This document shows positions 56,799 through 64,000 of a stretch of 64,000 nucleotides of DNA, piece by piece. The stretch is taken from positions 8,555 through 72,554 of IMG/VR virus record IMGVR_UViG_3300020204_000022, one strand, 5' to 3'. The notes beneath the pieces are model-generated. The model did not search any database, was not told the origin of the DNA, and saw only the letters and a program-made list of their open reading frames with translations. The position numbers and the translations under genes are program-made. Position 1 is the stretch's first letter. Each line of letters starts with the position of its first letter. Source of the stretch: a virus.

Positions 56799-59231
56799 TT
56801 ATTTTTTTCTCATTCTAAGTTCTCTCAGATATCTTTTTACCACATCCATTTCGTTTGGTTTTTTTGTTTTTGCCACTGGCCCTTGTCGCTGTCCTGGAGG
56901 TGTAATTAATGGAATATGACTTGGTCTTGGGTTAGGCTTTCTCTCTGGCTTCGGACCAGGGTCTGGAGGAGGTAGGGGCTTTGGATCTCTTTTCGGTCTT
57001 GTAGGAACTTGTGGTTTGTAAGGGGTTTCCTTCTCCTCTTCTTTTTCTGGTTGTCTTGCTGGTTCTGCCTCGTTAATTCTCGAGGATTTAAATTCCGAGA
57101 AACTAGTGACTCTTCTGAATGAATTAGATTCAAACAGAGAAAATTTCTTTTGTACGAATCTTGTATTTGATTCCTGAACAATTTCCGAAAGATGCTTCCC
57201 ATTGATTACTAGTTCGTCTTTAACAACGTCATAATCAACTTTGATCTTTGTCCCTTCTTCCACATCATCCTCAATCAAATAAGAAGCAATTGGATCTTCG
57301 ATATATCTTCTAATTGCTCTTTTCATAGGTCTTGCTCCCATACTTGGGTCAAATCCATATTTAACAAGTAATTTATAAACTGAATTACCCCAAACAAGTT
57401 CAATCTTTTGAGTGTCTTTTAATCTTTCTGATACTTTTTGCAATTCTGCTGTTGCTATTCCTTTAATTGCTTCTTCTGATATTGGTTGAAAGATCACAAT
57501 ATCATCAATTCTATTTAAAAATTCTGGAGAGAATTTTTTTTCTGTTTTCAATGCCTGTAGGATCCTTTCCCTCATCTGTTCTTTCGTTTCTCCTCCCCCA
57601 GATTTTTCTGAATTTGATGAAGTAAATCCCCCGATTTTGGTTCTTTCCGCCGATTTGGGATCTTCTTGAGGCTTCATACCGGCGTTTGATGTCATTATAA
57701 TAACCGTATTCTTAAAATCTACAGTTCTACCTTCCCCATCCGTCATTCTTCCATCTTCAAATACGCCCAAAAGAGATTGCAAAACTGTTTTAGAAGCTTT
57801 TTCTATCTCATCAAGTAAAATCAAAGAATATGGTTGTCTTCTTACCTTTTCGGTGAGTTGGCCTCCCTGGCCATAACCAACAAATCCAGGAGGGGCTCCT
57901 ATTAATTTCGATCCTTCGTGTTCCGCTGCAAATTCAGCCATATCAAAACGAATTATCGCTTTTTCGGAACCAAAAATTTCCTCTGCTAATTTTTTGACCA
58001 AGTATGTTTTACCAGTTCCGGTGGGTCCAACAAATAAAAAAACCCCCCCTGGTCGGTTTGGATCTTTCAAACCAACACTATTTCTTCTAACTGTTTTCAC
58101 TACAGTATCAACTGCATCGTCCTGTCCTATTACTTTTGCCTTCAAATTCCTCGCAAGCTCTTTCAAAGAGGCTTTATCTGATTTCTTCATAGTTTGAACA
58201 GGTATTCCTGTCTTTTTAGCCACCAATTCCTCAGCCATATCCCTGGTAATATCTACTCTCTCCCCCATTTCTCCATTTTTTGACATTTGTGTTAGCTGTG
58301 ATTCGATTTCTCTTTTATCATCGTCTAATTGTGCTGCTAGATCATAGTTTCCTTTTTTAGATTCAGATTCTATACGTTTAATTAGATCTTGACGGGTTTC
58401 TTCCAGCGATAATGCTTTGGGGTTTCCCCCGGCAGACATTCGAATTTTTGCTCCCGTTTCATCCATCAAATCGATTGCTTTATCCGGCAAAAATCTGTCG
58501 GTGATGTATCTTTGTGAAAGTTTATAAAATGATTCTAGAGCTTCTTCTGTGTACTTTACGTTGTGAAATTGCTCGTATTTATTTTGAATTCCCCTCAAAA
58601 TTTCCATACATTCTTCGTAAGAAGGTTCATTTACCATAACCTTCTGGAATCTTCTTTCCATCGCTCCATCCTTTTCTATAGAATTTCTATATTCCCCCAA
58701 AGTAGAAGCACCAATTAAATGAAGTTGTCTTCTTGCAAGAAGAGGTTTCAAAGGATCATAAAGTTTTTCGCTTAAGGAATGAATTTCGTCCATAAACAAA
58801 ATTAATGGTTCTGACTCTATCTCTTCCAGAAGCTGACCCCAGGCAGGAGATGACATGGCTTGATTTAAATTCAACATTAATAAAGATGTTCCTTTCAAGA
58901 AATTTGGACATTGAGGACTAGCCATGAGTAAAGCTAGTTTTTCTACTACGGCAGTTTTTCCAACCCCAGGCTCTCCAATCAAAACTGGATTATCTTTTGT
59001 TTTTCTAGCCAAAATGAGTAAAACTTGGTCCAGTTCTTTTTCTCTTCCTATCACCGGATCTATTCTTCCCTCTCTTGCCTCTTCAGTTAAATCAACACCA
59101 AAACTTTTCCAAACCGTACCTCCTCCTACTCCGCCTTGGCCTTCGGGACGATTCTCATTACCATCCTCATTTTCGAATTCATCGTTTGCTTCACTCAAAC
59201 GTTTTGAATATAATTTGCTTAATCTTTTCAT
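56799..59231 (-). CDS. ClpC/ClpB-class double-AAA+ ATPase with leader MKRLSKLYSKRLSE|AN replacing the Clp N-domain, a second leader-like motif and a Pro-rich tail
   Basis: Walker A GEPGVGKT and GPTGTGKT, Walker B LILFMDEIH and LILLDEIEK; C-terminal VTSFSEFKSSRINE|AE. Confidence 0.88.
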   Translation of the reverse strand: MKRLSKLYSKRLSEANDEFENEDGNENRPEGQGGVGGGTVWKSFGVDLTEEAREGRIDPVIGREKELDQVLLILARKTKDNPVLIGEPGVGKTAVVEKLALLMASPQCPNFLKGTSLLMLNLNQAMSSPAWGQLLEEIESEPLILFMDEIHSLSEKLYDPLKPLLARRQLHLIGASTLGEYRNSIEKDGAMERRFQKVMVNEPSYEECMEILRGIQNKYEQFHNVKYTEEALESFYKLSQRYITDRFLPDKAIDLMDETGAKIRMSAGGNPKALSLEETRQDLIKRIESESKKGNYDLAAQLDDDKREIESQLTQMSKNGEMGERVDITRDMAEELVAKKTGIPVQTMKKSDKASLKELARNLKAKVIGQDDAVDTVVKTVRRNSVGLKDPNRPGGVFLFVGPTGTGKTYLVKKLAEEIFGSEKAIIRFDMAEFAAEHEGSKLIGAPPGFVGYGQGGQLTEKVRRQPYSLILLDEIEKASKTVLQSLLGVFEDGRMTDGEGRTVDFKNTVIIMTSNAGMKPQEDPKSAERTKIGGFTSSNSEKSGGGETKEQMRERILQALKTEKKFSPEFLNRIDDIVIFQPISEEAIKGIATAELQKVSERLKDTQKIELVWGNSVYKLLVKYGFDPSMGARPMKRAIRRYIEDPIASYLIEDDVEEGTKIKVDYDVVKDELVINGKHLSEIVQESNTRFVQKKFSLFESNSFRRVTSFSEFKSSRINEAEPARQPEKEEEKETPYKPQVPTRPKRDPKPLPPPDPGPKPERKPNPRPSHIPLITPPGQRQGPVAKTKKPNEMDVVKRYLRELRMRKK

Positions 59232-59250
59232 CGAATTTTTTTTTATTTCT

Positions 59251-59258
59251 TATATATC
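59251..59258 (-). promoter_or_regulatory. Late-promoter-like GATATATA box on minus strand
   Basis: TATATATC on plus strand, about 20 nt upstream of the ClpC-like start. Confidence 0.5.
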
Positions 59259-59350
59259 TTCAAAAGATTCGAAAGTACTAAGAAACATAATTTAATTATG
59301 GGATATAAGAAAACAAGGCGTAGTTCTGCTTCAAAAAAAATTTAAAAATT

Positions 59351-59743
59351 ATGGCAATATTTTATTTTCTTTTAGGTGCGCTTACCGTGGTGGTCTTGGT
59401 CACCGTGGCGGGTGTGTTTAAGATGAATTCGGATTTAGACCGAAAAATCACAATCAAAATCTCCGGCCACATCGAATCGGTCATGAAAGAGATTGAAATT
59501 ACAAGGAACAATTTACACTCCGATGATTCTTACATCCACAATCGGATCGATGAAGTTCTCGACGAAATCAATAAACGAGAAGAAATCGGAATCAGATCGG
59601 GAAGAGAACAATTCGAATCCTTACAAAAGCAGTTGGATTCCAGATGCGATAAGCTCTGGGCTCAGGTGAATGCAAATTACGAGTTGAGCCAAATGAGGCT
59701 CAACGAAATTTCAAACAAAAAAAATTCCCAGACAGGGGGATAA
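59351..59743 (+). CDS. Small membrane protein with coiled coil
   Basis: N-terminal TM MAIFYFLLGALTVVVLVTVAGVF. Confidence 0.6.
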   Translation: MAIFYFLLGALTVVVLVTVAGVFKMNSDLDRKITIKISGHIESVMKEIEITRNNLHSDDSYIHNRIDEVLDEINKREEIGIRSGREQFESLQKQLDSRCDKLWAQVNANYELSQMRLNEISNKKNSQTGG

Positions 59744-59778
59744 AATCGCAGAACTACGCCTTGATTTAAACTTATATC

Positions 59779-61392
59779 GTGAAAATTTTAGGAATTTCTT
59801 ATGGAGCTCATTCTAGTTCAATAAGCTTGCTGGAAAACGGAAAAGTCGTTTTCTGCTTGGAGGAGGAAAGACATTCTAGAGTTAAACCGTATGTTGACTT
59901 TTATAATAATTGGTTCAGATTTCCACAGATGTCCTTAAATGAATTGTTTGGCAGGATTGGAATAAAATGGGAAGATATTGACCTAGTATCATCCCATAAT
60001 TCATTTGAAGAAATACAATATGTTTTGTCTTGTGTAGGTATTTCCTTTCAAGATCCAAACAAATTTTTTAAATTTGACCATCACGAGTGTCATGCTTTGG
60101 GAGCATATTATTTCAGCGGATTCGAAGAAGATTGTTTGAATATAGTTTTGGATGGGGCTGGTTTTGGAGCATCAGGAAAATATTATTTGGGTAAAAATGG
60201 CGAATTATTATTAATTTCTGAAATTTCGGGGGTAGGCGAAGAGGGATCTATGGCTTCTTTAGGATTATTTTATTCTATAGTCACCGATTTTTTAGAATTC
60301 AAAAGGGTTAAGGATGAGGGTAAAGTAGTTGGCATGTCATCACATGGCAAATTTAACCAGAATTATTATGACCTTTTTTATGACCTAATTAGGGGAGAAG
60401 GTTATCACACAAGATTTATTTCTTTGGACCAGATGGTCAAAACTTTGAATCAAAATTTTTACAATTTGATTGGAGGTAGATTTTGGAAAAATGAAAAACA
60501 AGATTTGGCATACAACGCACAATTGGCTTTCGAAAATAGAATAGTGGAGATTGTTGAAAGTTTGCATTCTGAATTTCCCTTTGCTAGAAAATTGGTTTTA
60601 TCCGGCGGTGTTTTTGCAAACATCAAAGTAAATAAAAGACTGAATGATCTGGATTGGGTGGATGAGGTTTTTGTCATGCCACCAATGTCAGACGAAGGTA
60701 TTTCTGTGGGATCTTGTATTGGTGCATACAGAAAAATAAATTCTGACTTCAGGCCGAGAAAAATACAAAATGTATTTTGGGGAAGTTCTTTTTCGTCTGA
60801 TGAGGTAATTTCCCAATGGGATAATCGGAAATTTGGGGCCAAGAAATATGTGGTTTCGGATGTTGCAAAGTCCTTATCCGAGGGAAAGATTATTGGTTTT
60901 TTTCAAGATGGATATGAACATGGTCCTAGAGCATTAGGTAATAGAAGTATTTTGGCGCATCCTGGTTTGAATTCGACTTACAAGAAGGTTAATGATAGAC
61001 TTCAAAGGAATGATTTCATGCCTTTTGCTCCATCGGTTTTATTCGAAAAAGCACAAGAAATTTTCGAATGCTCCAAATCTAATTATACCGGAGAATTTAT
61101 GACTATGCTTTATAACACTAAACCGGATTGGATAGATAGGATCCCAGCGGTGGTTCATCCGATTGATAAAACCGCCAGAGCACAAATTGTTAAATTTGAA
61201 AACAATCCAAAATTTCACGAGATTATCAATGAATTTTATTTGTTGACCGGAATTCCTTTACTTTTGAACACATCATTCAATGTACACGAAGAGCCAATTG
61301 TTTGTAAACCATCGGAAGCTTTTGCACATCTTGAAACGGGAATTGTTGATGAGTTGGTCATAGGAAATTTAATTTTTTCAAAATTAGATTGA
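59779..61392 (+). CDS. Carbamoyltransferase, NodU/TobZ family
   Basis: ILGISYGAHSSSISLLENGKVVFCLEEERHSRVK...DHHECHALGAYYFSGF...GYEHGPRALGNRSILAHP...NTSFNVHEEPIV. Confidence 0.88.
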   Translation: MKILGISYGAHSSSISLLENGKVVFCLEEERHSRVKPYVDFYNNWFRFPQMSLNELFGRIGIKWEDIDLVSSHNSFEEIQYVLSCVGISFQDPNKFFKFDHHECHALGAYYFSGFEEDCLNIVLDGAGFGASGKYYLGKNGELLLISEISGVGEEGSMASLGLFYSIVTDFLEFKRVKDEGKVVGMSSHGKFNQNYYDLFYDLIRGEGYHTRFISLDQMVKTLNQNFYNLIGGRFWKNEKQDLAYNAQLAFENRIVEIVESLHSEFPFARKLVLSGGVFANIKVNKRLNDLDWVDEVFVMPPMSDEGISVGSCIGAYRKINSDFRPRKIQNVFWGSSFSSDEVISQWDNRKFGAKKYVVSDVAKSLSEGKIIGFFQDGYEHGPRALGNRSILAHPGLNSTYKKVNDRLQRNDFMPFAPSVLFEKAQEIFECSKSNYTGEFMTMLYNTKPDWIDRIPAVVHPIDKTARAQIVKFENNPKFHEIINEFYLLTGIPLLLNTSFNVHEEPIVCKPSEAFAHLETGIVDELVIGNLIFSKLD

Positions 61393-61433
61393 ATAAAAGA
61401 AACTTTTACTTGAATACACATAAAAACAAAAAC

Positions 61434-61520
61434 GGAGGTTTGGCAGAGCGGTCGAATGCGACAGTCTTGAAAACTGTTTTACGGGGAACCGTAACCGGGG
61501 TTCGAATCCCTGAGCCCCCG
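61434..61520 (+). tRNA. tRNA-Ser(UGA), CCA not encoded
   Basis: D-arm GCAGAGCGGTCGAATGC, anticodon loop CT-TGA-AA, long variable arm, T loop TTCGAAT; one A-C mismatch in the acceptor stem. Confidence 0.85.
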
Positions 61521-61526
61521 CACCAA

Positions 61527-61599
61527 GCGGGAGTAGCTCAGTTGGTAGAGCGACAGCCTTCCAAGCTGTAGGTCGCGGGTTCGAACCTCGTCTCCCGCT
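61527..61599 (+). tRNA. tRNA-Gly(UCC), CCA not encoded
   Basis: GCGGGAG...CTCCCGC acceptor stem; anticodon loop CT-TCC-AA; GGGTTCGAACC T arm. Confidence 0.93.
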
Positions 61600-61613
61600 C
61601 TAATCTTAATTAG

Positions 61614-62582
61614 ATGAAAGAAATTTTTCTTGTTGCCGCACACATTTCTGATGAAATCCAGCTTTCTTTTATCAGTGAGCTCATAGGAAATTTAAGAAAG
61701 GAAAAAAAGGAATTTGCGATTGTTAGCCATTCTCCAATCCCTGAATTTCTGACCAAAGAATCTAAATTCTATGTTTATGATTCAGATAACTATTTAATTC
61801 CTAAATATAAAATTCATACGGAAGGATATGGTCATAGAAATTTTTACTTTTGGAATTTTGGTAATTTTAAAATTTCATCTTCTAATTTTTTGTGGGGAAA
61901 TACTGATAATTATGGAATAGCCTGTTTGAAATTGTTACAGAGAGGGACTTTGATGGCAAAATCTTTTGGGTATGATATTCTTCATTATATTGAATATGAT
62001 TATAATTGGAAAAATGAAGTCTCCAACCAATTTTATGAAATATTAACAAAAGATTTAGATACAGATTTAGTTTGTTTTTGGCAAAAAAAAGATCCAATTA
62101 ATCATTTGCTTGGAAATTTCTTTTCTTTCAGAATCAGTTCATTAAAGAATAAAATTCTTTTTTTACAAACCGAAGATTTATTTGATCTGATCCGGTCTTA
62201 TGATTTTTGCGGGGAAAGAGTTACGGAAACATTTTTTCAACCGGAAAAAATACATCGTATAGAAAAGGAAAATTTGGGACTTGAAAACAGAATTTCTCGC
62301 GATAAATTGAATAAGAGTTTAGAAATCTGTTTCTATCAGGAAGGTCCAGAGAATTTGGATTTTTTTTGTTACAACGTTAGCCCAAATTGCATAAAATTGA
62401 ACTTGACATTAGACTCTATTAGAGAAGAAATTGAAATAAATTCCCAAACCTGGATTTTGAGAAAAATTGGTAATCCAGAAAAAATTAAAATTGAATACGA
62501 GGAAAAAATAGAAGAAATAGATTTATCGAATAAAGAAATGTATGATTTTTGGGTTGGATCTACTAAAATAGAATGGAGGTAA
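61614..62582 (+). CDS. Glycosyltransferase-like hypothetical protein
   Basis: 322 aa; IFLVAAHISDEIQ...HYIEYDYNW..., weak GT-A-like pattern; glycan-gene neighbourhood. Confidence 0.5.
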   Translation: MKEIFLVAAHISDEIQLSFISELIGNLRKEKKEFAIVSHSPIPEFLTKESKFYVYDSDNYLIPKYKIHTEGYGHRNFYFWNFGNFKISSSNFLWGNTDNYGIACLKLLQRGTLMAKSFGYDILHYIEYDYNWKNEVSNQFYEILTKDLDTDLVCFWQKKDPINHLLGNFFSFRISSLKNKILFLQTEDLFDLIRSYDFCGERVTETFFQPEKIHRIEKENLGLENRISRDKLNKSLEICFYQEGPENLDFFCYNVSPNCIKLNLTLDSIREEIEINSQTWILRKIGNPEKIKIEYEEKIEEIDLSNKEMYDFWVGSTKIEWR

Positions 62583-62583
62583 T

Positions 62584-62790
62584 CTAAATCCTGTTTAATC
62601 TCGAATTTTCTTGTTTAAGTTGAGAAATAATCAAATCTGTAGTTGCTTGATTTTTTTCTATTTCATCAGAAATTTTTTCGCACAGATCTTTCATATTTTT
62701 CAAAATTTGACTTTTTTCTTCCTCGGAGTTAGATAATTCCAAAGATAAAATTAAAGATTTTAACTGATTTATGTATTTAGATAATTCCAC
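62584..62790 (-). CDS. Small coiled-coil protein
   Basis: 68 aa minus-strand ORF with no competing forward ORF. Confidence 0.45.
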   Translation of the reverse strand: MELSKYINQLKSLILSLELSNSEEEKSQILKNMKDLCEKISDEIEKNQATTDLIISQLKQENSRLNRI

Positions 62791-62881
62791 AGATTTGAAA
62801 ATTATTTACACAAATATAACCCAAACTCCGAAAACTTTTCCATAAAGTACATAAAATTATATATCAAATTTTGAAATCACA

Positions 62882-63307
62882 ATGGCTAGACTTCCAAATC
62901 CACCAGTCGGTCCTGTTGAAATGCGACCTCCTCATATTTTCAATGTGATCGAATGTCCTAGCTGTAACGTTCCTAAAGGATGGGGATATGAGGTCGTCTT
63001 TGAAAACAACGAACTTTATTGTGGAAAACTTCTTTGTTTTAAGGCTGAAGCCAAATTTTCAATGCACTATCATTTGATCAAAGATGAAACTTGGTATGTA
63101 CAAGAGGGAACTTTTTTATATAGATATATCGACACCAGAAATGCCGAAGTTGGTGAAACAAGATTAGAAAAAGGTGATTCAGTTCGGCAAATGCCCGGCC
63201 AGCCACATCAATTGGAGGCAATAACAGATGGAATAATTTTCGAGGTTTCTACTCAACACTTTGACGAGGATTCATATCGGGTTTGGAAAGGGGACAGCCA
63301 AAAATGA
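62882..63307 (+). CDS. Cupin-domain protein (sugar isomerase/epimerase-like cupin)
   Basis: MHYHLIKDETWYVQEGTFLYRY...LEKGDSVRQMPGQPHQLEA. Confidence 0.7.
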   Translation: MARLPNPPVGPVEMRPPHIFNVIECPSCNVPKGWGYEVVFENNELYCGKLLCFKAEAKFSMHYHLIKDETWYVQEGTFLYRYIDTRNAEVGETRLEKGDSVRQMPGQPHQLEAITDGIIFEVSTQHFDEDSYRVWKGDSQK

Positions 63308-63987
63308 ATACAAATAAAATGACGGGAAAAGATTGGAAACTTTATTCGGATAAATCCAATTACTATTGGAATCAAAATCTTGATTTTGTTTTAAGTTCCA
63401 ACCATTTTATTCATTATGAATTTTTCTTTAAAGAAATTTATGGATGGGAATATTCCGAAACTAACTGCATTTATGAAATGTGGGGTTGCAAACTAGATTC
63501 GGGTGACGTGGTGGTTGATTTGGGAGCAAATGTAGGTTTTTTCACCCACCTAGCTGCAAAAAAATGTAAAGAAGTAATAGCAATAGAGGGAGGTTATGAA
63601 ATTTTTTCTTGTCTTGTTGAAAATACAAAAGAACACGACAATGTAAAATATTTAAATGCTTCTATTTTGGGAAAATCTTTAGAACCCACAAATGTATGGT
63701 CGCCAAAACACAATCCTCTTTATTTGCAGATTGAGGATGTTTTCAAAATTTTCAATTTGGAAAAAATTGATTTTTTAAAGTGTGACATAGAAGGAGGTGA
63801 ATATGATTTACTTTTAAATTTGGATGAATCAATCCTAAATAAAATCAACAAAATAGCAGTGGAGATGCACGACCCTGCCCGTAATGAAAATTTCTTTATA
63901 CCAGGAAAAGTTAGACATTCTTTTTATTGGGACGTAAATAATAATGGGGAATATCAGACGATGTTTTATTTCGTAAATCAACAATAA
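63304..63987 (+). CDS. FkbM-family methyltransferase
   Basis: VVVDLGANVGFFTHLAAKKCKEVIAIEGG...LNASILG...DFLKCDIEGGEYDLL; ATGA overlap with the cupin gene. Confidence 0.78.
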   Translation: MNTNKMTGKDWKLYSDKSNYYWNQNLDFVLSSNHFIHYEFFFKEIYGWEYSETNCIYEMWGCKLDSGDVVVDLGANVGFFTHLAAKKCKEVIAIEGGYEIFSCLVENTKEHDNVKYLNASILGKSLEPTNVWSPKHNPLYLQIEDVFKIFNLEKIDFLKCDIEGGEYDLLLNLDESILNKINKIAVEMHDPARNENFFIPGKVRHSFYWDVNNNGEYQTMFYFVNQQ

Positions 63988-64000
63988 ATACAAATAAAAT

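Noticed and set aside
61389-61571. 60-aa ORF over the tRNA genes
   Set aside because: Coincides with well-formed tRNA-Ser and tRNA-Gly genes.
1-64000. Integrase, transposase or classical defence island
   Set aside because: No recombinase, transposase, restriction-modification or toxin-antitoxin signature was recognised in any listed ORF.

Overview
This 64 kb window is a contiguous AT-rich segment of a large tailed-phage genome. It is T4-like in its replication and recombination genes, and the host is probably a Bacteroidetes bacterium (inferred from the H1-like protein and the lack of clear SD sequences; no search was run). Order of contents: (i) tail, fibre and adhesin genes, about 1-18 kb; (ii) replication/recombination block of RuvC-like nuclease, GDPD-like protein, gp32-like SSB, gp61-like primase, UvsY-like and UvsW-like proteins, about 19-24.5 kb; (iii) accessory block with a nucleotidyltransferase, a ligase-NMNAT fusion, an H1-like mini-protein, a repeat protein, Hsp20, an MBD4-like glycosylase and a truncated family-B DNA polymerase, about 24.5-38 kb; (iv) ribonucleotide reductase nrdB plus an nrdA broken in two by a split intein, adenylate kinase and a GT2 glycosyltransferase, about 38-46 kb; (v) LRR-like paralogs, a radical-SAM/PrimPol-like pair, a duplicated 550-aa gene, and a minus-strand metallopeptidase/ClpC-like operon, about 46-59 kb; (vi) carbamoyltransferase, tRNA-Ser, tRNA-Gly and glycan/cupin/FkbM genes, about 59.7-64 kb. 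The two most interesting observations are below. (1) About 15 otherwise unrelated proteins share a short N-terminal leader, roughly K-x-F-x-x-F-x(2-5)-[ILV]-x-E. It closely resembles the T4 capsid-targeting sequence with its prohead-protease site ([L/I]-x-E|). The carriers include an NTase, adenylate kinase, an HExxH metallopeptidase, a ClpC-like AAA+ protein and repeat proteins, which suggests a set of capsid-packaged, possibly injected, enzymes. (2) The split-intein-fractured nrdA has Gly at the +1 position, which is incompatible with canonical splicing chemistry. All family calls come from reading motifs by eye, without database searches.
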